From NCBI GenBank assembly GCA_010015585.1, contig ML975175.1: 64,000 bases of DNA, one strand, 5' to 3'. A model generated the notes under the pieces. That model did no database searches. It saw nothing but the letters and a program-made list of their open reading frames with translations, and had not been told where the DNA came from. The stretch comes from Eremomyces bilateralis CBS 781.70. Lineage: Eukaryota. How positions within the stretch are numbered: position 1 is the stretch's first letter; every line of letters begins with the position of its first letter. The translations under genes and the position numbers were made by a program. Positions 12,944 to 24,697 of the stretch are shown here, one piece after another.

Positions 12944-13759
12944 CAGGAGGACAACTCTTCGAAAAGGTCGGGTTTTGGATACGTGAAGAAGTGAAGGAAT
13001 AACGTCTTCTTCACTTAACGAATTAACGATCCAGTCTTTGCAGTACTCACAATTTTATCTATGCTGCTGAATTCAATCTTCACTCAATGCCACTTCCGAC
13101 ACTTCCTAAGATCTACCCTAGATGAAACGCGAGGATACTACAATGATTCCTTTAAATCCATACAGCGCATTCGAAATCGGTCCTTAAGGATAGCCGAACG
13201 TATCGACGCAAGCCCACTCGCACAGCAGCATGCAGAGATGCAGCCTTCACGTGAGCAACAGTGTCTTTCCTGTGACAGATTCGACTTGGAACTCAGGAAA
13301 TGGGTGGACTCCCGTTCTCGACAACCGGCATATTTTCGTAGTCACTTCGCCGGCCAAATGGTGGATGACGAAAGCGGCACCCGATCTTTTTGGGGAGCCT
13401 TGAGATTCTACTATCTAGGATCTAATTGGCCCAGATTGTTCCGGATGAAATAGAACAAGATGGCGATGGCCATTGTTACAGCCGCTAGCGAAATCGCCTT
13501 CCGCCTTTTACACCTCCAGGAATTCTCACTGAACAGCCCACTTTCAGGTCATGGCGTAAATCTTTACGCCACGATTCTTAGTGATCAATTTCCAAGTGTA
13601 CAACCACCTCCCCATCATGGTTCATTTACTCGTTTATCGAGAAACAATATTTAAGTCTACAAGGAAACTCGATTCCTGAAACACTCTCCAGTCGCTGGTC
13701 TGAATAACTTACTTCGCTAGGACCTTCATCGATAGCGATAGACCGTTTCGGATGTTCGC

Positions 13760-13970
13760 AAGCAACGCCTACAGAAGCTAGCCAATGGTGCCCAAAAGTC
13801 GTTCGCTGGTTGTGCCCTCCTCCTCGACGAGAATCGGCTCTTGTTCAAGCAAAACATTGAAAGAAATTGTCGCAAATCGACACGGTCAACGGTAGTCGGG
13901 AAGGAGAAAATGATAAGTTAGAAGGACATTGTCGAGGCCAACATGAAGCATGATGCGAAGGAAGCTACGG
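13760..13970 (+). pseudogene. Relic of a Fot1/pogo-family transposase C-terminus
   Basis: KQRLQKLANGAQKSFAGCALLLDENRLLFKQN..RKSTRSTVVGKEKMIS*KDIVEA matches the conserved tail of fungal Fot1-like transposases; in-frame stop. Confidence 0.65.
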
Positions 13971-14219
13971 CAGTATGGATAGGGCTACAGATGCACTAAA
14001 AACAGCGGCCCCACCAGTAGCGTTGGCACGTGGAATGACAGAGTTTCATTCTTACTGACCTGTCCTTCACCGATGCGGGGTAGCTTCAATGCACAGAAGA
14101 GTTAAATTGGGCCATTCCTTGTCTTGAAGTATTTTTCCGGGCTGACCTCCGCGCTCTGCTGCGCAACACTGATTAGAGTCGATTCCCGGAGTTCATACTA
14201 TCAAGCCAGATATTCCACC

Positions 14220-16187
14220 ATGGCAGATATATATGAACAAGTCTTTACCCTTAGTCCGATACCGAGTGTTATCCTCAATCCTGAGCTTCGCATCCAAAGA
14301 GCTTCGAACAGCTTCCTTCACCATACAAAGTTGCGCGTGGACGAGTTGTGCGATAGTAACTACCTCGAGCTACTCAAAGATCGAGTGCTGATATCAGACA
14401 CCGATATGCGTCACGTCCGCGACGTCATCCATGGGACGATTCAGACGCTGGAAGTACAAACAGGCCGGCGCATCCGTACAAGCCCAGGGGCAGTGTGGCA
14501 ACTGCGTGTGGTTCCAACGGTCATGAACGGTGCCCTCCTCTACCTGCTGGTAGAATGGCTGCAAGCTGCAAAGAGAGAAGAGAAAAACAGTCTAATCGGC
14601 AATGGTTTGGCAAGAAGCGAGGCACTCCGACTACTGGTAGGAGCTGTCAAGGATTATGCCATATTTTTGCTTGACACCGAAGGCATCGTGCTGACTTGGA
14701 ACGCCGGTGCCGAGCTCAACAAGGGATACAAGCCTCACGAAATCATCGGCAAGCATTTTTCTACATTCTATAGCGAGGAAGACGTAAGAGCAAACAAGCC
14801 TGCGAAAGAACTGGAGGTCTGTCTGCTTGAGGGAAGGGTGGAAGATGAGGGGTGGAGGTACCGCAGAGACGGCACCCGCTTTTGGGCCAATGTCATCATC
14901 ACAGCGATCTACGATGTCGACGTTCATGTGGGATTCGGTAAAGTTACTCGGGACTTAACCGAGCGCAAGGCAGCCGAATCTCGCCTTCTCGCCGCATACG
15001 AGGAGAGCGCAAATCTAAAATCGGAGTTCCTTGCCAACATGAGTCACGAAATCCGGACACCAATGCACGGGATGATATCAGCTAATAAGCTACTTCTCGA
15101 CACTCAGTTGACCGAGGAACAGCGAGATCTGGCAGACATCATCAACGACTCCGGAAAAATCATGTTACAGGTCATCAATGACATTCTCGACTATTCTAAG
15201 CTGGTGTCCGGCAGTTTCTCACTCTCCTCGAGCATCGTCGTCATCACCTCTATTGTCGGCTCCGTGATGCGCAACTTCCAGACAATTCTCAAATCTGGCG
15301 TGTACTTTCAAAGCTTTTCTGCCGAAGGTATTCCCAGGTCCATACAGGGCGATCCTCTTCGCTACCGCCAGGTCCTCCAAAATCTTGTCAGCAACGCCGT
15401 CAAGTTCACCGACAAGGGTTTTATAGGCATCCGCACATGTGTCCATTCAGAAGACGACCACACGTATACAATCAAAACCGAGGTTCAGGATACCGGGATT
15501 GGCGTTTCTGAGTCTGCAGCCAGCTCTTTGTTTACGCCTTTCCGGCAGCTTGACAATACCACCACCAAGACGCACCAAGGCACAGGTCTTGGCTTGTCCA
15601 TTTCTAAATCTTTGGTCGAGCTGATGGGCGGACAGATATGTTTCGCGCCCAACCCCGAGCGCAGCGGCAGCGTATTCTGGTTTACGGCAAAGTTCAATAA
15701 GATAAATATCTTGGATGGAATGGAAAGCCTTACAGCCCAATTTGATGGGACAACCCCGTTGACTCCGAATCCGGACGACTCCACCTTATACCGAGAATAT
15801 TTTGGAACCAAGAGTCTTCTACTCGCCGAAGATAACATTATCAATCAGAAGGTTATGGTCAGAATGCTACACTCACTCGGTTTTATGCGAGTTGACACAG
15901 CGGTAGATGGTGCTCAAGCAATCAACTTGGTTATTAATAGTCCAAAGAATTACGACCTCATCTTAATGGATATCAGCATGCCCGTCCTTGATGGCATCGC
16001 AGCAGCGACCCAACTCAGAAGATCTGGGTGTCGACTACCGATCATTGCCGTCACGGCGAATGTCCTGAAAGAAAGTCGAGAAGATTTTCGTGCTAAGGGA
16101 TTAAATGACTATGTTCCAAAACCTGTTGACAGAAATCTCTTGACAAAGATTCTGATGGAATGGCTGGTTCTAAAGACGTCCACGTGA
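14220..16187 (+). CDS. Hybrid sensor histidine kinase (PAS-PAS-HisKA-HATPase-REC), intronless, intact
   Basis: PAS (YAIFLLD..WNAGAE..WRYRRDGTRFWANV), H-box FLANMSHEIRTPMHG, N-box NLVSNAVKFT, G-boxes DTGIG and GTGLGLSI, receiver LLAEDN..LILMDISMPVLDG..PKP. Confidence 0.95.
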   Translation: MADIYEQVFTLSPIPSVILNPELRIQRASNSFLHHTKLRVDELCDSNYLELLKDRVLISDTDMRHVRDVIHGTIQTLEVQTGRRIRTSPGAVWQLRVVPTVMNGALLYLLVEWLQAAKREEKNSLIGNGLARSEALRLLVGAVKDYAIFLLDTEGIVLTWNAGAELNKGYKPHEIIGKHFSTFYSEEDVRANKPAKELEVCLLEGRVEDEGWRYRRDGTRFWANVIITAIYDVDVHVGFGKVTRDLTERKAAESRLLAAYEESANLKSEFLANMSHEIRTPMHGMISANKLLLDTQLTEEQRDLADIINDSGKIMLQVINDILDYSKLVSGSFSLSSSIVVITSIVGSVMRNFQTILKSGVYFQSFSAEGIPRSIQGDPLRYRQVLQNLVSNAVKFTDKGFIGIRTCVHSEDDHTYTIKTEVQDTGIGVSESAASSLFTPFRQLDNTTTKTHQGTGLGLSISKSLVELMGGQICFAPNPERSGSVFWFTAKFNKINILDGMESLTAQFDGTTPLTPNPDDSTLYREYFGTKSLLLAEDNIINQKVMVRMLHSLGFMRVDTAVDGAQAINLVINSPKNYDLILMDISMPVLDGIAAATQLRRSGCRLPIIAVTANVLKESREDFRAKGLNDYVPKPVDRNLLTKILMEWLVLKTST

Positions 16188-16649
16188 ACTCGGCCGACGT
16201 ACAAGAGGTCACTTAGCACGGAGCATCATGATACGCGGAACAGCATAGATAATCCAGCATCGACGAACAGCACAGCAAACAGGCCCGATAGGATAGAGCT
16301 AAAGCACTAGAGGTGCAAATGGTGGAGATGAACAAGAGGGTTCTTGTCCCGGAGCATCCAGACACGAAACAATCTGGCCTTCACGTGGAGAGGACTCGGC
16401 GGACAAACAGAAGCTGTAGGACCGATATAGGATAGTGTATAACTGCAGATGAATATCCAAAATCTCTACGCAGCCAGGCAGCACCTCCATGTTCGAAACC
16501 CCCATGTCTCTTCAGAAGAACATGTGCCAGCAAATCTCAAATGATACTGGCTTGCATCTTCATACTGAGCTCGGGGCCGTCGCTCTTGGTCAGTCATTGG
16601 CTTCATTGGGCACCCAAGAGCGACAAAGCCCCAAGCTCCACTCCGAATA

Positions 16650-17407
16650 TCGGTCGTCATCCAGCTGTCGACCGTGGCTCGATCTCCTCTAAACAGAGAT
16701 GCGTCCGGGGACTTAGAGTTATCGTGTCGGCGCTCTAGAGGGGAAAATCTAGGTGCCGTCGTCCCTAAATGATATGGTCGGGATAAGACAGAGAGTTCGG
16801 AGGGTTCGCGTGACAACGTAGCACTCGCTACACCCATTCGATTGTTCGCATCCTCGGCGGCCCGCGGCTTCGAGATGAGGATTTCAATGACAAGCGCGTC
16901 CCGTTCACGCTCTTTCTGTAGCTACTTCAGTAGTTCGGTCAACACTGTAAGTCTCGCTCCCACAACATTCTTCTCTTGGCGCAGTTCTCGATTTTCGTTG
17001 GTCAATATCATTACTTCCACTCGGAGACTCTCGTCCGTCAAGGAACCTGCGCTCATCTTCGCTCGTTTTTCAATTGGCATCAACACCTCCCGCCGGAATT
17101 TGGGTCCATGGCCTTGGGCCCTCGAGGAACTGAGACTCCGTACCTGGGCATAGGGGATCGTTTTCGCTAGCGTAATCTCTCGCGTCAATGATTCCTACGA
17201 TGCTGTCTGCTGCTTCGATTTCGGTATCGGCTTCGGGGTTGTTTTCATTACTAGGAGCGTAGCTACTTCATCGTCCGAGATGTTGAAACGTGGAGAAGGG
17301 GATTCTCTCCTCATGAGTTCAGATGGATTGTTCTTGGCATCGGATAGCCTGCGTTGTCTCAGGTAATCCTCCTGTGTCTGAGTATCCCCGATGATCCTTG
17401 CTGTCAT
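16650..17407 (-). pseudogene. Truncated Gag-like ORF of an LTR retroelement, with two in-frame TAG stops
   Basis: ORFs 17195-17407, 16922-17188 and 16466-16837 share one frame. A coiled-coil region is followed by PDASLFRGDRATVDSW (Gag-like PDxxxFxGxRxxxxxW). Confidence 0.45.
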
Positions 17408-17500
17408 TGTTCTGGTGACTGTGGTTGCCTTTGGCCCTAGTTGTCTTTGGCCCTGGTGGTCTTGGATCGTGTGGTTGTCTCTGGGATTGGTGCTACGTAG

Positions 17501-17610
17501 TGTTAGGTGTTCACGTGCGATCGTATTTCAGCATTGACCCTCCGAGGCAAGAGGGGCCTAGCGCCAAGACTGTCCTGCGTAAAAGTCACGTGAGACATCA
17601 TATCGTGACA
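17501..17610 (-). repeat. Possible short LTR upstream of the Gag-like relic
   Basis: TG..CA bounded (TGTTAGG...CGTGACA), ~100 bp upstream of the Gag-like ATG; no second copy in the window. Confidence 0.3.
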
Positions 17611-18194
17611 TTATGACACCTGTTGTACAATACCCAGGACGCTGTACCAGGACACGTGAAGTACTGAGACTGTAGTCCCAGATTACTGGTGCGAGGTTCC
17701 ATATCAGGTTCGGTGCTTTCCTAGTAGCCTGGGCGGCTTTATTATTACCCACGAATTCCCGCCCTCAATGGCTCGGATCTAGGGATGTGTAAAGTGGGAA
17801 AACTAAGGACTTTACCGTAAAATAGCCTTAGATTTCTAGAAAACGGAGGTCAATCTGCCGTCTTTTTGTTTAAAAGGGGAAAACACTAAGCTGTCCTAAA
17901 TAGGCCTAGCCTAGGGGTAATTGGCAGTGGAAGGAAAGTTAGGGCAGTAGAAACCAACAGGGGCATCTTGCGACAGGTTTTCCCACCGTATCGCGGCATT
18001 AATCACCTGATTGAGCGAAACCGCTATTTATCTTACAGTTATGCGCCCAATTATCGCTTAAAGCACCATAGACGACATTAACAGATGGTTCTATCGTGTC
18101 TTTCCCTCTTGTTCTCTCAAATTATATTGACGTTCGCTTATTGGAAAGTCTATCGTTTCATCTCCAAAGTTTACCTCTGCAAACGACCTCGCAG

Positions 18195-21100
18195 TGATCA
18201 TCAAGGCTGCTCTACCTCTTAAATCCCCAGCGGATTGGCGTGACTGGTACAACTTCGTCAAGTCCTACGGAAATCGAGTGAGAGTATAGAAGTACATCGA
18301 CCCTACGACCGAGGAAGATCCCGAGGAACCCCAGATATACAGCAAGGAGGAATACAACAAATTGACGGAGTACGACAGGGACCAGATCGCTCAATCGAGA
18401 AAGCTCGAGGAGAATGTTCACAAAGCGAAAGTCAGGATAGGAGATATCATCTTCGCAATCGTACCTGAGGAAGCGAGGCGTGGTTTCTCTATCAACGATA
18501 CACCACGTCAAATGCTCTCCTACCTCAAGTCTCGATATGGACCTGACGAAAACCAGTACGAGGAACTGGTGGAAACTGCCTGGGAACGCCTTCGCGTCCG
18601 TCCAAAGCGGATGAAGCTACAAGACTGGATCCTCGAATGGAAACACTTTAAGGAATACGCAGAAGAGCTAGGGCAGGAAACCACCTATACCGATCTGAAG
18701 CTTATCCGAGAACTCATCAAGATCTGCAGACGTGAAGATCTTGACCGATTTGCAACTCGATCTGAGGATGCTATATGGGTTGCAAGAGAACCAGGAGGTA
18801 ATCCGGCGCATCTCAAACTGAATCATCACATCGAGCTCTTTCTAAAGACGTACCCTATGGAGATACCGAAGCCTATGAAAGGGGCACTTTTCGCAACTCT
18901 CCAAGGAGAGACTCTAGCGCAGACGTCTCAACCATCACATATGCCCGCTACAGCGGCATCCCCGTCGTCGACTCCCGTCCCCCCTCAACAAGAGAAACGA
19001 GAGAAGACTCTCCCAACCTGTGTGTGTGGGGAGAAACACTTGTACAGGCGTTGCCCGTACTTCAATCGAAATATTAGGCCCTCAGGTTGGAAACCGAACT
19101 CTAAGATCAAAAACCAAATCATATCTCACTTGAAGGCTAATCCAGAGGCCAACAAGTCTCTACGGAGGGTCCTTAAAAGAGAAGGAATCAGTTTTCCTGA
19201 TTGGTTCCCAGCGGAACCATCCTCTACCACATCTACGAATTCGGAATCGCGTGAGGATGGATCCTCTCATGCGTTCGCTACGCGAGTGATGGAAGAATCT
19301 CAGGCGTTCGCCATGCAGGCGTTCTCCGCATTTGAGCATACAGAGACCAACGAAGGAAGGCCATACGACCAGAGTTTCTACATGGACAACCTGGCTTCTC
19401 ACCACATCTGTGCAGACATTACACGTTTCACGAACTACGTGTCTACAGATGGTATAATGAAGACCGGAGACTCGTACTCATCCTATGTGGGCATAGGAGA
19501 CGTTAAGATCCCTGTGGTAGGAAAGCACGAGAAACAGACATTCATCACTATCCTCAACGTCTACCATATTCCGGGTTTCCACATTAATATCGTTTCAGCC
19601 AGGATGTTCCGAAGGAAAGGCTATGTACTTGATGAGTATTCCCAGGCAATCCGCAAGCTTGACGATAGGTCTCTCCTTTGCCATATGTATCTTCGCGATG
19701 AATATTGGACGTTTACGAGCGACGTATTAGTCCCTGTACAGAAGGGAATCGCATTCGCGACACGATCGTCTTAAATTTCTATCTCAACCGCTCCTGAGGA
19801 GGTGTGGCACCGTCGGATGGGACACGTTGGCATAGACAGCGTGTGAAATCTGGTGGGATCCGTACACGGTGTGTCAGTTACCATAAACCCTCCATCGCAT
19901 CCAGGCTCACAGAGTCTATGCGAGACATGTACGGTCTCTCAGATGAAAAAACAAATCTCAAGAGTTCCGCAGCATCGCGGTACTCGCCCGTTTGAAAAGA
20001 TCCACGGAGACCTCATCGCCTTTAATACAGGACTCTCAGATGAGACGTAGGAGCGTCATTTCTACTGTGGACACGCACGTTTTTATTTCGTCTACCCGAT
20101 TCCAAATCAACGTAAGGAGACTATCTCACGATGTCTCACTAAGACCCTTAATACCATTAGGACTATAGGCTATACCGTCCAGTTTCTTCACTTTGATAAT
20201 GAAGCTGCGATCGAGTCTGACCATGTTACTTCTATCATTGAGGACCACGGAATCATCCTAGAACTGTCTGCACCGAAAACTCTAGCACAGAAAGGGCCAG
20301 CGGAAAGGTCAGGAGGTATACTTGTTACCGTCGCACGCAAAATCTGCGCAGACTCTCCTCTACCAGAGAAGCTATGGACCTATTTCGTGAAACACGCAGG
20401 ATATCTCCTGAACAGGGCTCTTGTGCAATCCCCTCAGTGGAAAACCCCCTACGAAGCTGTGTTTGGTAGGAAACCAAACCTCTCACACCTCAGGATGATA
20501 GGATCAAAGGCCTACGTCCTAAAGACGGATATCGCAAAGAAGGACAAGATGGAACCACGTGCATCAATTGGTTTCCTTCTTGGATATGAAGCTACAAACA
20601 TCTTTAAAGTCTGGATTCCAGACGTTGGGAGGGTAATCACATCGCGAGACGTCCGTATCGACGAGACTATCCGGTACGATCCAACAATTGATAGGAACTC
20701 CACCCTCCCCCTCATAATCGGTTTGCGCTCCAGGCATTCCTTGACGATATTGAAATCGACATACGTGCGTATATCGATGCTTTCGAAAATACCCCGGTGG
20801 TAGGTAATTACCGACCACTCGCTCTCTCAGACCCAGGACTGTCTACGCCCGCGGGAGAAATCGCGCCCGACACACGGATAGACAGGTCAACTGCAAATGT
20901 CCGCGGATCTCTTTCTTATCTTCCTACCCCCTCATCATCGAGGAACCCAACACCGGCAATACCTGCTCTACATTCCCCTACTCTTATCTCATCTGGGAGG
21001 AATGAGGACTATTCTGGCGAACCAGACGTTCCACCGGACGCTCTCATCGCAAGCCAACAGTCGGTGGAAGGGCCTACTTTACAAGTCGGTGGCCTAGACA

Positions 21101-22650
21101 TCAACAGTACGACGGACACGGATGGGACCAGAGGAGGTAGTACGCACGATGATTACACAGGATTTACTAGACGGTCATTATCCACGCCCTCAGCCATCGG
21201 AGGAACACCTATACCGGCCCTCTAAGAGGAAGAGGAAGAAGAGAGGCAAATTCATGAACAGATCGCTTCAAATATTGCCTCCCCCGTAGGAGCGTATCAA
21301 GAGAACAGACAAAGGAAGAGTGCTTGCGAGAAACACCCATCTCAAAAGGCTAGGGACACGATGGAGACAAAGGCCTTTAAGAACTAGACGAGATATGCCT
21401 CACGTAAACAGGCGCATCTCACGATGATGCTCAATGCGACCCAATTGGCCCCATTACTCTATGCGTTCGCAACAACACGTACGGATCGCATTCATCGGGA
21501 TAATCTTCCTCTACCACTAAAACATTAGGGAGAAGTCCTATCGCGCCTAGACTCGCACCACTGGATCCAAGCATCGAAAGGAGAAGTCCCTATTGTGATA
21601 AGAAACGGCACGTTTGAACTCGTTCCCATACCGAAGAACGATCCTGTGATTCCTCTCAAATGGGTCTTTACGTACAAGTTTGATGCCGACGGATATCTCA
21701 TCAGGTATAAGGCGCGAATCTGCGTACGAGGATATCTCCAAGAAATTCACGACCGGGACGCACTGTACGCTGCGACAGGCGCATACACCACCTTCCGAAT
21801 CCTGATGGCCCTTATCGCTGCACGATTCAATCTTCTCGATCATCAGCGTCCTCCTCTTACTCCGCTCTCCACATCATTCGACAATTACGAGCCAAATCCT
21901 AACGCAACGAAGGAACAGGTCACGGGATACCAGCAGCGCATAGGATCTCTCATCTATGCTGCGGTAATTTCACGCCCAGATATCTCTCACGCGGTGAGCC
22001 GTCTAAGCGAGTTCAATACACGCCCTAGACCTAAGCACCGACGAGAGGCTGATCGTTGTATCTCCTACCTATATGGAACTCGTTTCCACGCGATTGAGTA
22101 CTCTTTCGACTCTTTCGACTCTGACCCATCGGTCTCTTCACGACCTTTCCGGTCCTATACAGATGCATCTTTCCCAGACGACCGCACCACAAGGAAATCG
22201 TCTCAAGGATATCTCATCTCACTTTTTGGTGACCCTATTGCTTGGCAGACATCCAAGCAAAAGAGTATCACTACCTCTACCACCGAAGCGGAACTCCTCG
22301 CCGTCTCTTACAGATCTAAGGAGATGATGAGGATGATACGTCTTTTCCGTGATCTTCAATTCGATCCGGAGTGCCCTATCGTCGTTGAATGCGACGATGA
22401 CCAAACGGTCGGTATCATTACCAAATCCATGCCCATTCTCACCACCAAACTACGCCACGTAGACATTCATCAGTTCTGGTTGCGTCAGGAGGTGGAACGG
22501 AAGGACATATGCGTGGAATAGATTCCGTCAAACAAACAGGTGGCTGATGGGCTCACGAAGATCCTCTCTATCGCGAAGCACCGTGTCTTCTTTAACCAGA
22601 TAGGTCTGCAGGACATCTACGCACTTGTTGGAGGACCAAAGGGATCGTGA
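18195..22650 (+). pseudogene. Copia gag-pol (Gag-PR-IN-RT-RH) with stops, frameshifts and an internal RT deletion
   Basis: DWRDW..V*KYIDP; Zn knuckle CVCGEKHLYRRC; PR FYMDNLASHH; WHRRMGH; IN FEKIHGDL/FDNE/GPAERSGG; RT LKWVFTYK..YKARICVRG (YVDD region missing); RNase H YTDASF..STTEAE..ADGLTK. Confidence 0.92.
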
Positions 22651-22699
22651 GATCTATACAATCCAGACATCCCCTTCAACGGTGATATCTGAGGAGGTG

Positions 22700-22961
22700 T
22701 GTCACAGAATATCTATATTTCTTGGCGTTTCCCCACGGCTTCATTCCGTATTCGATTCTATACCCCTATTCTTTCCCTTTTTAGGGAATAGATCATCTTT
22801 GTAAACCCTATAAAATAGCTGCAGGAACAGCCTGTTTCCGTAGGATCCGGCTCTTCAGGATCAAGTTCAATCTATCTACGCTCTTTTGGAATCTAACGGG
22901 GTTTTCCCACCGTGTCGCTGCATTAATCACCTGATTGAGCGAAACCGCTATTTATCTCACG
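22700..22961 (+). repeat. Copia 3' LTR
   Basis: Near-identical to 8413-8625 + 17981-18037; starts TGTCACAG; terminal CA mutated to CG. Confidence 0.93.
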
Positions 22962-23058
22962 TAACATGCGTGCCGTTCTCCAGAAACCTCTCTGCCAAGG
23001 CGAGACCAATGCCAGACGTTGCGCCAAGAACTAAGGCTTCCTTATACGTGACTGGCAT
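22962..23058 (-). pseudogene. Short-chain dehydrogenase, 5' part (Rossmann motif)
   Basis: MPVTYKEALVLGATSGIGLALAERFLENGTHV; continues in frame through 8401-8407 into 5720. Confidence 0.9.
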
Positions 23059-24697
23059 CGTGAATGAAGTTGTAAACACTCGCCGATCGATGATAGAATT
23101 GGATGGAGGAAAGTCTTAGAGAGCCCTAAAGTGCGGACGATGGCGAAGGTGTTGGGACCGGATAAACAATGATGATACTTTGTGGAATTTGGGAGGCTAG
23201 GAAGGACCAAGGCGTTGGCAATTCCTTCAGGTGGCGCAACAATCACAAGACACGTCCTACTAGCCACTCATGCGAGCTGCACAGTATTAAAGCGCCAGGA
23301 ATGATCGGGAAAGAGGGGAAATACGAAAAATACGAGAAGGCCATATCTGGCTGCCGCGATGGCGGGATTGTTGATGAGAAGGCTCAAATACGACCACTCA
23401 GTGAGTCCCTTCGGCCGCTCCTCTAAAACAAGGCGCTGCCGACTCCAATATCACACTGATATCTAGCAAGGTGCGAGAGTTTTAGAAGACATCATTGCAT
23501 CAGTGTGCATGGTAGTGTAAAAAGGTAGAGAAGAATCAGATATGGAAACCAAAGTTGGATAGGATCGTGTTTAAAAGCAATGATTTCAGCATCACCTTGT
23601 TAATTGGGGCACCGTGCCGTAACCTGCGGCTATTACCCTCTGCACTCGCTATCCCATCGCGATGGCTCGTCTTGTCTGTTACTGATATCCGCAAACCCCC
23701 GTAGCTGCCAGTGGTTTTGCCTCGCCACAGTTGCCGCCAGTCCACGGTTTGCAAGAGGATGTGCATCTTGTACCTAAGGCATGAATATATCATCATGTCC
23801 TGGTTTGTGTGCATCATTGTTTAGAGGGCGTGTCCAAAAATAGTGAAAGTTGAAGCGGTACCATAGATTGACGTTAATAAGATCTGCTTGATGTCTTTGG
23901 TTTCCTTCTCCCCTTCAGTCCATGACTAATGACGGTCAGATATGATACGTATAACGTAACGTCGCTCTTGCGCCTATATAAACATCCAAGGTTAGAAGAG
24001 AAAACAATCTCGCTAAAATTCTATCGTCGCGGGATCGGAGATAGCAGGCAAGCTGCTTGACTTCGAGATAAGGGGCAGCCTCTGTGAGAGCGTGTGGCTG
24101 CGAGGACTAATAGTGCTTGGGTGAGAGGCAATCTCAATGGTCGTGCTGGGTCCCCAACCTCGAGCAGCCAGGTGGATCGGTGGTCAGTGGTCCGTCGTCA
24201 CCTGCTTACTGTGTACATCCGGACGACTGTGGAAATTCTGGTTCGCGAGACCATACGCAACGGCAATCGAGCTATTGAATCCACAGTCAACTATTGTACG
24301 AATTGGTACGATAATTCTTCTCGTATTCCTCATGCATTATTTTACGGTTACAGGGGCTCGACCACTTCTACGGTATCTGCTCTGCCAGTCAACGATCGAT
24401 TATTAATCACACCAGACAGTGGTATATTAATCTACCTTGTGGTTCAGTCACATGCATATGTGGCAGGACGGTACTTTGCACTGGGAGATACATAAGAGCT
24501 GGTCAACGGCGTTTTTTTTCTCGAAGAGTCCAGATTCTCTCTCGAGCGGCAGTTGAGCAGCAGTTAACCGTCTATTGACGCAGATTTCGATCGCTTGTTC
24601 GGAGTCACTCATCCCGAAACGGAAGTATTTTTGCGGTCAAAACCTGAACCACTTGTCCATCAGCCTGCACGCCGCTCTAAGGCATTTCACTTGCGTT

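Larger units (their letters stand above)
8626..17975. mobile_element. 9.35-kb cargo-bearing insertion with 8-bp TG..CA terminal inverted repeats, inside the Copia 5' LTR
   Basis: GGTTT|TGTCGCAA...TTGCGACA|GGTTT. Removing it gives AACGGGGTTTTCCCACC, identical to the uninterrupted 3' LTR. Confidence 0.9.
8413..22961 (+). mobile_element. Ty1/Copia LTR retrotransposon (degenerate; ~5.2 kb without the nested insert)
   Basis: 5' LTR = 8413-8625 + 17981-18037; 3' LTR = 22700-22961. TSD TAACA at 8408-12 and 22962-66. PBS-like GTTATGCGCCC at 18038; PPT GAGGAGG before the 3' LTR. Confidence 0.93.

Noticed and set aside
13868..13875. Internal copy of the TGTCGCAA terminus
   Set aside because: Lies within the Fot1 relic coding frame; one 8-mer match in 9 kb is plausible by chance and has no matching TSD
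8626..17975. Cargo element as a Starship
   Set aside because: No DUF3435 tyrosine-recombinase captain seen; small size; TG..CA ends with a 5-bp TSD point to a DDE integrase
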